Virus record (IMG/VR): IMGVR_UViG_3300032327_001082 | Coordinates: 1-47,833 of that record | DNA length: 47,833 nt | From: a virus | Lineage: Duplodnaviria; Caudoviricetes | Direction: 5' to 3' (one strand) | In this document: positions 10,743 through 22,700 of the stretch, in pieces | How the letters are laid out: every line of letters starts with the position of its first letter | Numbering within the stretch: the first letter of the stretch is position 1 | Translations under genes and position numbers: made by a program | The notes under the pieces: generated by a model | Databases searched by the model: none | Told to the model about the DNA's origin: nothing | What the model saw: only the letters and a program-made list of their open reading frames with translations

Positions 10743-11105
10743 ATGCAACCCACAGAAACCTATACGCTGCTGCAGTTAATAGGCGGAGGCCTAGCTAGTA
10801 TTTTTGCTGTATTATTTTTAATGCAAAAATTTATTACTGGATTTAAAACAGAAAAAACAGAAAATTCTATACTAAACTTAATGCACCAAGAATTAGAGCG
10901 CATGAGTGAACAAAATACAAAACTTAGTGTTGAACTAGGTAATTTACAACAAGAAGTAATTGAGCTAAATCAACAAATTAGAAATTTAACTGCAGAAAAT
11001 CAGCAGTTACATACGGAAATTGCTAGATTAACCTTAGAAATTTCTAAACTTAAAGATTTAAGCATTCAAAAACACAAGGAGACAGCATGGCACGATCAAG
11101 ACTAA
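10743..11105 (+). CDS. Membrane-anchored coiled-coil protein (possibly holin-like)
   Basis: One N-terminal hydrophobic helix (LLQLIGGGLASIFAVLFLM) followed by a long heptad coiled coil; AAGGA SD upstream. Confidence 0.5.
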   Translation: MQPTETYTLLQLIGGGLASIFAVLFLMQKFITGFKTEKTENSILNLMHQELERMSEQNTKLSVELGNLQQEVIELNQQIRNLTAENQQLHTEIARLTLEISKLKDLSIQKHKETAWHDQD

Positions 11106-11719
11106 CTAGTACAAGTGTAGATATTGTAACTGATGTTGGAGCAGTATTATGGTCAATGGTGCTGGGCGAAGCATTAGAGTTTCCAATTACACTTAATTTT
11201 ATTACGGATGCTACACAAAAAACTGCAGGTGCAAATTACTTATATGAAGCAGTTGTAGTAGAAGCAAAAAATATAGCTGGTCAACAAGATTTTCCTACAG
11301 TAATACAACCTAGTGGTAGAACTAGTACATTATTTGTTAGACAACCTAAATTTATTGGAACCTGGGCTTTAGGCAGTACATACAACAAAGAAGAAATAGT
11401 ATTGCATAGTGGTAATTACTATAAATTAATTCAGGGCGTAGGTACTAATGGAACTAGCGCACCAAGTATTGATACTGCTCGTTGGACACCTACTGTATTA
11501 AATAAAATTTATGTTCAATTTCCAAGTACTTTAGGAAGTGATTGGACAATAAAACCACTAGCAGATAGCGCAGTTTATGGATTTTTTGAGCTGCGAGTAA
11601 CTGAACCCAGTGATCCGGTATTTACAAGAACTTTTAAACCTGTTCGTGGATTAGTAGAATTATTATTTAGTCCTACTAGTGATACCGCTGATACATCAGG
11701 TAAACAGAATGTAAGCTAG
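11087..11719 (+). CDS. Hypothetical virion protein with a CBM5/12-like carbohydrate-binding motif
   Basis: AGGAG SD. The internal segment WALGSTYNKEEIVLHSGNYYK...APSIDTARW fits the W-x4-Y-x4-V-x4-Y pattern of CBM5/12 modules. Confidence 0.55.
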   Translation: MARSRLTSTSVDIVTDVGAVLWSMVLGEALEFPITLNFITDATQKTAGANYLYEAVVVEAKNIAGQQDFPTVIQPSGRTSTLFVRQPKFIGTWALGSTYNKEEIVLHSGNYYKLIQGVGTNGTSAPSIDTARWTPTVLNKIYVQFPSTLGSDWTIKPLADSAVYGFFELRVTEPSDPVFTRTFKPVRGLVELLFSPTSDTADTSGKQNVS

Positions 11720-11727
11720 GAGTTGAA

Positions 11728-14700
11728 ATGGCAGGAATTACTACAAATATTAATATAGCTAACATTGATGCAAATGTTGTAATTTCTGACGTAAGTACCA
11801 CAATCAATATTAAAGATTTAGTTACATCTGTTAATAATAATGAATTAACCAGTAATATTGTTACTAGTAATTATGAAAGTTCTGTTAGTATAGGTACTTT
11901 AATAGTCCCTACGTCAAATACAACTGATTTAACCACCACTAGTATTACAGAACCATTAAATTCTAATATTATTGTACAAGATTTAGCAACTGCTGTAGGT
12001 ATTAATACACTTAATGCTCAGGTTACTATAAAAGACCTAATTGCCGGTAATGTTACAGATGCTCGCGCATATAACATACTTATACAAAATTTAGAAGCAA
12101 ATAGTACTATTAGCGCATTAAATACTTTATTTGATGCAGATTTAAGTAGCAATGATTTTCCACCTTTTTACAAATTTGCTCGTGGTTTAGAAACTTTATT
12201 AGCTAAAGAAACTTTGTTTGCTAAAACAATAACTAAAAGGTTTACAGAACCTAAAGTTATTAAAGAACTTGTTAAATTACTATATAAAAAACCGCTACAA
12301 GAACAATCTAAAAAACTTACAGAAAGTGTTGTTAAAAAAGTAATAAAAGTTAGAAGCGAAAGATCAAGAATTAGAGATAGATTTGCCGGAGATCAAGCTA
12401 GTTTAGATGGTCAATTAAGAATAATAATTAAATTTAATCGTGTTTTTGATGAATATGTAAGCCCATACGATCAAATACCTAGTAAAAAAATTACTAAAAT
12501 TCCTGCTAGTGATAAAGTATTTATAAAAACTAACAGCGTACTTGCTAGTATACTAAATAATTATCGTGATAAAGTTACTACTAGCGAAACTAAAAAGTTT
12601 TTTGCTAGTATTTTAAAACAAGATTATTTAAAGTTATTGCAGCCAGATAATAAATCTATTAAATTTACAAAAATAGTAGATAGTTATAATCGTAGTATAG
12701 TAGACGATAGTAAATTTTATCTTAAACCAAAAATTGTAAAAAAAGATAGTGTTAAATTTACTGATTTGGATTTTAGCCGTATTGTAAACTATGTTCGTAG
12801 AGTTCAAGATTATGTAGACGCTACTGATGACATAGGCGGTATAAGTAATATTGATGATGATCAAAATGCATTATTTATTAAAGTATTAAAAGATAATTAT
12901 CGTGCTGGGGAAATATTTAGAACTTCTACTACTTATATACGTAATACTGTAGACAACGTTACTAGTTATGATTTAGATGGTTTAAAATTTAATTCAAAAT
13001 TATTAAAAACAGAACGTGTTATTAATAGCAGTTATTTAAGCAATATAACTGTTAGTATAATTAAAGCCAGTCCAAAAGTAAATATTAAAGATGCGTTTTC
13101 TCGTAGTACAAATACTATTAGAGATTTTAATGAAACTGTTTATAATACTATTACTAGATTTTATTTTAATTATTTAAAAAATGCAGACTTTGAAATTGCA
13201 CGTGCTAAAGATTTAAACATATCTAAAAAAGCCAAAACTTTTTTATACGATGCCAATATACAAACTTCAGAATATTTTAAAAGCCTAAAGTTTTTTAACA
13301 AGCTTTTATACGAACGAACACAAACTAGAACTCAAGATATATTTGTAAATCTTGCTGCAGTTCTTAACACTCAGCAAGTAAAAACGTCTGAATTTGTTGA
13401 TTTATTAAAATTCTATTTAAAAACTTTGGCCGATAAAGTTTCTCATATAGTTGCTAATAGACCAGCTATTAATATTGGCTTATTTAAGTCTGAGTTAATA
13501 GATTTTAGTATATATTCAAATTTAATTAGCGAACAAATTAAATTCAATGTTGGTGTTACAATATTTGAATATGAGCATTATGTATATACTTCTGACCTAG
13601 ATGGTTTAATTATAGATGTCAACACAATATTAAATCCAGATAAAGTTACTTTATTTGCTGATAGGCCAAACTTACGTTTTATTAAACCTTTTACAGATTC
13701 TATTAGTGCAAAACACATACGCCCTGTATTTTTAATAAAACCATTTAAAACAGACCAAGCAATAATCAATAGTAATTTTAAATATTTTAATGTTAAGTCT
13801 ACTAGATCTGATACTGCAAAACTTTACGACCCTAAATCGCTCAGAGTTAACTATATAAGACAATATTCAGATAGAGTCGCTAATAGCGACAATATTAGAA
13901 ATCTTAAACCTAAAATTTTTAAAAATGACAAGGTAACTTTACAAGATCAAAGAACACTAAGAGTTAACTATATAAGACAGTATTCAGATAAAGTTACTGC
14001 AAAAGATGCTGATAGACGTTTAAATGTTAAACTTAGTCTTGTTAATAGAAGAGTTGTGTTTAGTTTTGATGTTGAAATATACCTTAAAACTAACTATATA
14101 AGACAGTACTCAGACAAGTTTAGTACTAATACTAATAATATTATTTTTAAGAAAACAATAAATTCAGCACTATTTGATTCGCTTAATAAAAGCAGCGATA
14201 AAATAATATTTAATGTAAAGCCTGTAATTACAAATCATAATGTTATTACCAACAGCAATAATTTAAATTTTGCATTTACTCGCAGAAGGCAACTAATAGA
14301 TTTTTTAGGTATAAATAGCAGCAGTCTTAATAACATAATAAAGTTTAAGTTTACAAAACAAGCTTCTAATGAAAAAATAAGCATTAACAGCAATAATTTT
14401 AATCTTACTCTTATAAGAAGATTTACTTTTACAGATAGATTTGTTTCTAGCAATCAAATACCAGTATTTAGAGTTTTAAAACTACTTAAAGATACTAGCC
14501 CTACAAATAATCCACAACCTAAATTTTTAATACGTCAAGTTATAAAAGATAAGGGTATTACTGGTCAAATATTGCAGCTTAAGCCCATAAAGGTAATAGC
14601 AGACGTTTCAGTAAAAACTAACAGCGATAATTTTAATTATACATTTATAAGAAGACGTAATTTTGCAGACAGGTTTATTTCTAGCGATCAAATACCAGTA

Positions 14701-15351
14701 TTTAGAGTTTTAAAACTACTTAAAGATACTAGCCCTACAAACAATCCCCAACCTAAATTTTTAATACGTCAAGTTATAAAAGATAAGAGTATTACTGGTC
14801 AAATACTGCGGTTTAGGTCTACAAAGTCAACAACAGACTCTGTAAAAATTGGCGAAATTTTCTTTGTAAAACGAATTTTTAATGTACAAGACATTGTTAC
14901 TACTAAAAACAATTATATAATATTTACAGTTAAAAAATTATTAACTGACCGCGTGGTTAGTAAAAATATTAGGCCTGAATTTTTAATAAAATTGTTTAAA
15001 AATGACAGAAGCACTACTGGCGAAATACGGCAACTTAAACCAAAAATAACTATTACTAGTGAAAAAATAACCAGTAATAGTAATAATTTAACCTATAGAA
15101 GAACTACTCCAGTATCTATTAGTGATAGAACAAGAATTTCAGAAACAGCAAATTTTAGATCAAATACACTAAGAACTTTTTCAGATAAAGTAACTACTGG
15201 TCAAATATTTTTATATGTAAAATTTATAGATCAAAGGCCTGCAGACAGAGTAAGAAGCTCTGGCTCTGGAAAAACAAACCAACAAAATTATTTTTCTAAT
15301 AATTATGTTCAGCCTGGATACGCGGGCACAAATACAACCTTTACAGGTTAA
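11728..15351 (+). CDS. Large repeat-built structural protein (1207 aa), function unknown
   Basis: AGGAG SD. Degenerate ~19-20 aa periodicity (K..SD....D), three NYIRQYSD copies, a 78-aa-spaced duplication, and C-terminal QNYFSNNYVQPGYAG. Confidence 0.65.
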   Translation: MAGITTNINIANIDANVVISDVSTTINIKDLVTSVNNNELTSNIVTSNYESSVSIGTLIVPTSNTTDLTTTSITEPLNSNIIVQDLATAVGINTLNAQVTIKDLIAGNVTDARAYNILIQNLEANSTISALNTLFDADLSSNDFPPFYKFARGLETLLAKETLFAKTITKRFTEPKVIKELVKLLYKKPLQEQSKKLTESVVKKVIKVRSERSRIRDRFAGDQASLDGQLRIIIKFNRVFDEYVSPYDQIPSKKITKIPASDKVFIKTNSVLASILNNYRDKVTTSETKKFFASILKQDYLKLLQPDNKSIKFTKIVDSYNRSIVDDSKFYLKPKIVKKDSVKFTDLDFSRIVNYVRRVQDYVDATDDIGGISNIDDDQNALFIKVLKDNYRAGEIFRTSTTYIRNTVDNVTSYDLDGLKFNSKLLKTERVINSSYLSNITVSIIKASPKVNIKDAFSRSTNTIRDFNETVYNTITRFYFNYLKNADFEIARAKDLNISKKAKTFLYDANIQTSEYFKSLKFFNKLLYERTQTRTQDIFVNLAAVLNTQQVKTSEFVDLLKFYLKTLADKVSHIVANRPAINIGLFKSELIDFSIYSNLISEQIKFNVGVTIFEYEHYVYTSDLDGLIIDVNTILNPDKVTLFADRPNLRFIKPFTDSISAKHIRPVFLIKPFKTDQAIINSNFKYFNVKSTRSDTAKLYDPKSLRVNYIRQYSDRVANSDNIRNLKPKIFKNDKVTLQDQRTLRVNYIRQYSDKVTAKDADRRLNVKLSLVNRRVVFSFDVEIYLKTNYIRQYSDKFSTNTNNIIFKKTINSALFDSLNKSSDKIIFNVKPVITNHNVITNSNNLNFAFTRRRQLIDFLGINSSSLNNIIKFKFTKQASNEKISINSNNFNLTLIRRFTFTDRFVSSNQIPVFRVLKLLKDTSPTNNPQPKFLIRQVIKDKGITGQILQLKPIKVIADVSVKTNSDNFNYTFIRRRNFADRFISSDQIPVFRVLKLLKDTSPTNNPQPKFLIRQVIKDKSITGQILRFRSTKSTTDSVKIGEIFFVKRIFNVQDIVTTKNNYIIFTVKKLLTDRVVSKNIRPEFLIKLFKNDRSTTGEIRQLKPKITITSEKITSNSNNLTYRRTTPVSISDRTRISETANFRSNTLRTFSDKVTTGQIFLYVKFIDQRPADRVRSSGSGKTNQQNYFSNNYVQPGYAGTNTTFTG
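14434..14812 (+). repeat. Near-identical direct repeat (~140 bp, 234-bp period) within the 1207-aa gene
   Basis: CCAGTATTTAGAGTTTTAAAACTACTTAAAGATACTAGCCCTACAAA... begins at both 14461 and 14695 with only a few substitutions. Confidence 0.9.
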
Positions 15352-15371
15352 ATTTTTCAAAGGAAATTAAA

Positions 15372-15866
15372 ATGTTAGATCAATCTTTAAAAGCCACTGG
15401 TAAGTTAAATTTAAAAATTATTGACCCAGAGGGTAATATTACCTTAAACAGAGACGAGCCAAATATTGTTACCTATCAAGGTCTTACTTATATTGCTAGT
15501 AGAATGTTTGGTGTTGTTGCTAATACACCTACTGCTATGACTCATATGTCTATTGGTACTGATTCTACCACGGCTCAAAACGTTGACTTTAAATTAGGCG
15601 GAGAATTAACTACAACCAGAGTAGCTTTAGATAGTACAACTCTTAGTAGTAGCGGTACAGCTGGTACAGCTGGACAAATTCAAGACAGCGTACAGTATAT
15701 TGCTACTTTTAATCCAGGTATAGGCACAGGTGCTGTTACTGAAGCAGGAATTTTTAATACTGCCACTGGTACTAGTGGCACTATGCTTTGCCGTACAACT
15801 TTTAGTGTTATTAATAAGGGTGCACAAGATACGCTTGTTATTACTTGGAAGGTTACGGTAGCTTAA
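15372..15866 (+). CDS. Conserved phage structural protein (tail-collar / fibre-anchor-like)
   Basis: AAGGA SD. Motifs MTHMSIGTDST and GAVTEAGIFN...GTMLCRTTFSVINKGAQDTLVITWKVT resemble N-terminal fibre-attachment domains of phage proteins. Confidence 0.6.
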   Translation: MLDQSLKATGKLNLKIIDPEGNITLNRDEPNIVTYQGLTYIASRMFGVVANTPTAMTHMSIGTDSTTAQNVDFKLGGELTTTRVALDSTTLSSSGTAGTAGQIQDSVQYIATFNPGIGTGAVTEAGIFNTATGTSGTMLCRTTFSVINKGAQDTLVITWKVTVA

Positions 15867-15884
15867 CCTAAATAGAGGACGATT

Positions 15885-16718
15885 ATGGCAACTATTAATA
15901 GTCGCGAAACTGCTGCAGGTACTAGTGGGGTTTCAGTAACTGTATTAAATCGTCCACTTACTAATGCAGAAGTAGACAATAATTTTATTAACTTGGCTGT
16001 AGATACTAATTTAGCACTAAGTACTAGTGGTGTAAGTGCCGGCAGTTATGGTCATGCTAATATTACAGTAGATGCTAAAGGCAGAGTTACTAGTGCTAGC
16101 AACGGAGTATTTGCAGGTGGCGATGTACTTGGTACAAGCGGTGTTAACGGTACCGCATCACTTGTGTTAGCTACTAGTGGTGTAAATGCTGGTACTTATG
16201 GCCTTGCTACAATTGTTGTAGATGCTAAAGGCAGAGTTACTAGTGCTAGTAATGGAACTACTATTACTACTGCACCTAGTGGCGCTAATGATATAGTTAA
16301 TAAAAGCTACAGTGATAGCGGAACAGCTACTATTACTAATAAAAGACTAACCCCTAGAGTTCGTATTTTAAATTCCGGTGCCAGTAATTATCAAATAGAT
16401 GTGCAAGCTGATTTATTTGATATAGTAGAGTTTACTAGTACGGCTAGCGCAGGTCCAATTATTATTGCAAATCCTACAACTAGCGGCACAGCAGGTTTAG
16501 GTACACTAGTAAATGGTCAAAAATTAATTTATAAAATTAAAAGTGTTGCAGCACAAACTATTAATGCTACTAGTGGTTGGGGCGCAAAGTTTAAAGGTTC
16601 TACTGATGTACCATTACCTACAGTTACTAGCGGTAACAGCAAGTGGGATTATTTTGGTTTTATTTATCATAGCACTGATGATGTGTGGCAACTAGTAGCA
16701 AAAGTAGCTGGATTTTAA
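15885..16718 (+). CDS. Short tail-fibre-like protein
   Basis: GAGGA SD. N-terminal PLTNAEVDNNFINL and two copies of the fibre repeat TSGVxAGxYGxAxIxVDAKGRVTSASNG (32-bp exact DNA repeat at 16068 and 16218). Confidence 0.75.
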   Translation: MATINSRETAAGTSGVSVTVLNRPLTNAEVDNNFINLAVDTNLALSTSGVSAGSYGHANITVDAKGRVTSASNGVFAGGDVLGTSGVNGTASLVLATSGVNAGTYGLATIVVDAKGRVTSASNGTTITTAPSGANDIVNKSYSDSGTATITNKRLTPRVRILNSGASNYQIDVQADLFDIVEFTSTASAGPIIIANPTTSGTAGLGTLVNGQKLIYKIKSVAAQTINATSGWGAKFKGSTDVPLPTVTSGNSKWDYFGFIYHSTDDVWQLVAKVAGF

Positions 16719-16730
16719 TGGATAGTTATA

Positions 16731-19700
16731 ATGGCAGATAAAACTTGGAATGGTAGTACTGGAACTTGGGCTACTAGTGCTAGTTGGAGTCCTACTGGTG
16801 TTCCTCTTAGTACTGATAATGTATTTATTAATGCTGGCACAGTTACAGTAGCTGGTCAAACTTGTGCTGCTTTAACTATTGGTGGCACTGCTACTATTAC
16901 TGGAACTAGTTTAACTGTAACCACTAATATGAGTGTTAATGGTTCCGCACAATTTACCTATAGTGGCAGCAGCACACTAGCTGTAGGTGGTACACTTAAT
17001 ATAGCTTCAGCTAGTGGTAGGTTTACACACAGCGGTGCCGGTGGATTAACAGTAGGTGCTAGTTTTACTAATAGCGGCACTTATAATCAAACTAATACTG
17101 CTGCAGTACTTACTTTTACTGGCGGCACTTTTAGTGGCACTGTTAATTGGGGTACTAATAGTTGCTATAAAGTTACCGTAGCAAAAACTAGTACAACTAT
17201 ATTAACTTTTAATAATAGTGGGGCACTAAATTGTACAGCATCAAATTCTACTGTTTCAGCATTTACATTTACTACTTGCAGTAATTTTACCAATAATTGC
17301 GTTATTAATACAAATACACTAATTAATAATGGTGCTACTACTAGAACTTGGAATTTAAATGCTGATGTAAATCTTACAGGCAGTTTTAGTGGTGCAATAG
17401 TTAGTGCTAGTCAAACTACTTGTACTTATGCTAGTAAAACTGGTACGATTAGATTTCAAAATAGTGGTTCTACTAGTGTTGATTCAACGCTAGCTTTTGG
17501 TGGTGGTATTTTAGCTACTTGCCCAAATGTAAGCATTGAAACTGGAAATACTACTACAAGAGTACTAGTAACTGGTAGTGTAGAGAATTTATGGACAAGT
17601 GGTAATTATTTTAATACAGGTAGTTTAACTGTATTCGGCAACTTACAAGACAGTACTGCAAATTGTACTTGGACTGGTGCAACTATAACTAAACCAGCTA
17701 CTGCTAGTGGTGCTACTAGCACTACTAATTGTACTGCACGTTTTGGAACTATAACTTTTGCAGGCGGTGCTACTGCTGCTACTACTTTTAATAGTGCTTG
17801 TACACATACCGTAACTTTTTGTAGAGCAAGTACAATTGCTGTTAGTACTACAGCTTTAGGTGTTACTTATAATTTTAATAATATTGAGGTAGCTACCGCA
17901 CTAAACTTAAGTTTGCCTACTAGTCCTAGTACACCTTGTACAGTTACAGTATCTAAAGCAAGACCTTTTAGTGGTGCTGCTGCAGTTACTACTACTATAG
18001 GTCAAGCAATTAGTAGTAGTACAAGCTATAGTACCGTATATCTTGAAGATTATGATATACCTAGTACTATTACTCATAATACGCAATATTTAATAATTGG
18101 CGGACTTAATAGCAATAGTGTTCGTTGCACTACTTTTACTACTGGTGCTTTGACTAGGTACTTTGATATAGGTGCTGCAGGTAGAACTAGCTATTTAGTT
18201 ACTAGAAGTAATCAAACTGGAGAGCCTGGCACAGGCAGTTGCAGTATTAGTGGTACTGGTTTTAATAATAATGTGTGTAATGGAGGTTTTGTAGTTGCTG
18301 GTAGTGGATCACATGCTTTTGGTACACCAACTTATATTAACGCTCTTATTGTTATACTAAGAAGCGGTAGCGCCACTCTAAGCGGTACTATAGCCAGATT
18401 AGAAGTAGAAGCCAGTGGCGGAGCCACTGGTACAATAACTATTAATGGACCCTATGCTGGTGACAGTATTAAGCAAGTAAGCGGCAATCCTGGACCCATT
18501 AGCGGCTTAAATTTAACTTATGCTTTATCAAATGCTGCAGATACACCGCAATATTCACATAATTTTGCTGGACTACTAGGCACTGTAACTGTAAATAGTA
18601 GCTATTATGCAATTAATTTTGATAATGTTAATTGTAGTACGCTTACTATTGCTGGCAGCGGCACTACACTTAGTTCAGATGTAAGTATTACTAATGGTAC
18701 TGTTGGTACTGTTAATTTTCAACCAACACAAACTGGTTCAACAGCTACTAGTAACTGTTATATTTATGGCGGAACATTTACTAATTTTAATGTTAACTAT
18801 ACTACAAATCCTAATATTAGAACACTTAATATTCAAGTATCAAAAACAGATAATTTAGTTACAGGTACGCTTACACATACCGCAGGAACTATATATATAT
18901 CTTATACTGTTGCAGTGCAAAACTACACTGCAGCTGCTACTGGTACAAAACAAATAGATTGGAGTAGTAATAGTGATAGTATTTTAAAAATTAATGGTAG
19001 TTGTACTATACCTAGTATTTTAACTTATGCAGCAGCAGGAGATACTAATAGTGTTACTGGCAGCGCGTACGCAGGTTCTTTTTGGTTAGCTGGTAGTGAT
19101 ACTTGTACAGGATATGTTTGGACATCAACCACACCTAGTGTAAGATATAATACTATAATTAGTGCTCGAAATAGTACTTTAACTAATTGGTACACTCAAA
19201 ACTGCACATTTATAGAAGACGCTAACTCTGTTTATCCAACAGCATATCAAATAAATTACACAGATGGTATTTTAGGTAGTAATACTCTTAGTACTAATTT
19301 AAGTGGTTTAACCCTTCAATCAGTATTAACTCCAAGAGATCCTGCTTATGTTAAAACTGATTGTAAAACTACAGTACCTTTTGCAGCTTTTAATCATAAT
19401 ACTGTTAATTCTTATGGTTACACAATTGATAACATATATGCTGCTAATATAACACTTGGTGTTGTTGGCACAGTTTATACTATGGGAGCTACTGTTACTG
19501 ATGTTGTAAAATCAAATAACACAATTACGCTTAGTGCTGCTACTACTTATAATATGTACTATGTAGAATGTGTTAATTTAATACTTAATGGTGCTGGTGC
19601 TACCTATATTGTTGATGGAGTTCGATACTTAGATAATAATCTTAATCCTACTACTGGTACTGTTACACATACTGCAGGAACACTTGCGCTTTCAGTAACA

Positions 19701-22700
19701 GGTAATGGCTATGATCCAGTATTAAGTGCTTGTAACTTTACTAGTAATACTGGTACTAGAACTATTGATTTTAAAGATAATTCTTATGCTCTTATTCAAA
19801 CACTTGGTACTGGTGCTTTAAATATAAGTTATTCTGGCCTTACAACAATTTTTCAAGCTGGATTTACGCCTTTTGCCGGTTTTTTGCATAATAGTACAGG
19901 CAGTATCAATACTGGAGCTGTTGCTCCTACTACTGCTAGTGCGGCAAGCATTTATATACTTAAAGGCTGTACGTTGCCGTCTACGCTTTATGCCAAAAAT
20001 TTTTCTAACTATAATTATCCAAAAATTGCAAATAATTATCCTATAGATGGGTATAATAGTGGTAAATTTAATGGCAGTACAGATTATTTGTCTACTACCA
20101 CAACATTTTCATTAGCAACTGCAACTACTCCATTTACAATGGAAGCCTGGGTTTATTTTAATTCTTTTTCAGGAGCTGCAATTGCCTCAACTGCTTATGC
20201 AGGTAGTGGACCACTTCCGTTTGTTATGGGAATGGGCAGCGGAGTTACTACCGCTGCAGGCGCTACGCCATGGTTTGGGTATTATACTGGTTCAACATGG
20301 GTATCTGTTGTACAGTCAAGCACAAGTTTATCTGTTAATACTTGGTATCATTTGGCTTATGTGTATACTGGATCTTCAGCAACAATATATGCAAATGGTA
20401 CTTCAATTGGCACAGCAACAGTATCTACATGGCAAACCACTAGTCAAGCAGGATTTTATATAGGCAGAAGGTGGGATACAGCAGTAAGTCCATATTTTAA
20501 TGGGTATATTAGCAATTTTAGATTTGTTATAGGAACAGCAGTCTACACAGGCACATTTACTCCGCCAAAATCACCACTTTTTGCAACACAAGGTTCTCAA
20601 ACTAATATTGCTGCAATTACTGATAAATCAACAGTATTGCTTACTTGTCAATCCAGTAGTTTTAGAGACAACAGCTATAACAGCGTAACAATCACTACAA
20701 ATGGAACACCACTTGTTAGTGACTTTTCTTTTATTAGTCCATATGGTAGCGGGTACCCTATTAATACAAGTAATTTTAGCGTAGAACTTTACGGTGATTT
20801 TAGTATTGGTGGAGAACTTTTAGCTAGTCAAACAGGAACAGATACTGTTGTTAATCGCGCTGGTTGGCAATATTTAGCTGTTAATTTAGCTACTACAACA
20901 GTTTCAGATCAGCATACTTTAACTACTCAACCTCGTGTAACGCCAAGTCCATATACTTATAGTTATCCAATGTATAACATAAGTACAGTTCGTCAAATTA
21001 CATTACCAAGTACTTTTTTAGGCACGGCAAATATAATTGGCAGATTGCAGTCTAGTTTATTTTATCACAATCGCGGAAGCTTAAGTTTTACTAAATATTA
21101 TAATTATGATACTTCGGGAACGTACTCATCACAACTATATGTAAATACTACAATTGGTAGTAGTGATACTACTAATACTAAAACTCATGTATATAACAAT
21201 CTTACTACTTCCGGAGCTGATACAAGTATATTTTTATTAGCTACAACTGGTACTGTATGGGATTTTCCATACACTAATTTGCTTAGTAGTAATTGGCAAA
21301 TTATAGTTAATGTTTTAGGTGGTATAATTAATCATGGAACTAATAATAGAAAAACTACTACTCAACCTAGTTTTGATTTTACTAATTTTACGAGCAGTTT
21401 TACTTTAAATCCTAATACTAGTTTTAATGTAGGTAGTTTGCTATTAAAAAATTATAATATACCTAGCAGTAGTGTATTTAACGTAGGCGGACCTGTATTT
21501 ACTTATGACAGTCCTAGTAATACTATAGGTGCTAATGCGTCTATAAATTTAATAGACGGTGGAAATAGAAAATCTAGCGGTAGTATTATTGCAACTAGTT
21601 TTACTAACACTACAGGTCAACTTAGTTATAGTAGTATAACCAATGGCATAGTAGCACAAATAGGTCAAGTAGTACAAATTACAGGAAGTTTTTACAATAC
21701 AGCTTTTAAGTATATAAGTAATACTATAACTGCTCAAAGTGTAAGCAATGCCTCTATTACTGTTTATGGAACTACTTCAGGTCAAACTAGCGGCGGTACT
21801 GTTGCTAGCGGGCTACTTCAAATAAGTGGTGGCAGTCTTCAAAGACAGTATGCTAGCGGTAGTGTAACCATTCAGTATACGGTTTCTAATCCTTGTAGAA
21901 TTACATATTATTTAGGTAATAACGGTAGTGCTAGTGTTACTGCATATTCAAATATAACCATAAGTAGTTCGTTAGGTTTTTATGTAGCTGATAGTACTAA
22001 TCATATAGGTAAAAATAGTACGGTAGACGTTCCAGGAAACAGCAGTAATTATACTATAACTATAACTGCAAATACCGGTGTTAGTGGACAAGAAGCAATT
22101 AGTGGTTATGTATCATGGGTTATTACAAGCTCATCTAGTGCTGTTACAGGAAATATTCCTGCATATAATGGCACAAATGGTCTTTATGCTATTACAGCAA
22201 TTGGCAGCGGCGTGCTTACTTTAGGCGATATATACAGTAATCCTATAACTACTGTTACAGGCACAATACAAGGTCCTACATTTATAACAACAGCAATAAG
22301 TAGTGCTCCAGCAGGCAGTGATGTTACTTTATTTACAAGCAATACTACTGCTATTTATCCCGCAATTACTTGTGAAGTAAGTACCAATCTTAAATTATCA
22401 AGTAATAGTTTTAAGTTTAATACACTTAGTCTTAGCAAAGGCATTGTTTTTGACGCATACACTAATACTAGTACTTATGGTTTAATTTGTTACCAAGTAA
22501 TTCGTGCAACGGAAAATTCTACATTAAATATTACTGGCAAAACACTAGAAATTCAAGGTTCTGGTAGCGGTACTGACACCGGTATTCAATTTGGTAATAA
22601 TGGTGATACTAATACAAATGCTAGTGGTAATCTTATTGGCAGTACTAGCAGTAATTTAGTTTTTTCAGGAATAGGTGGCACTGGAGGCTTTGGCAGCAAT

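Noticed and set aside
13840-14125. Three spaced ~25-bp repeats as a mini CRISPR array
   Set aside because: The repeats vary at synonymous positions, the spacing (~117-126 nt) is too long, and they encode a protein repeat.
14434-14812. Near-identical repeat pair as a DGR template/variable repeat
   Set aside because: Both copies are in frame within one gene, the differences are not adenine-specific, and there is no reverse transcriptase in the window.
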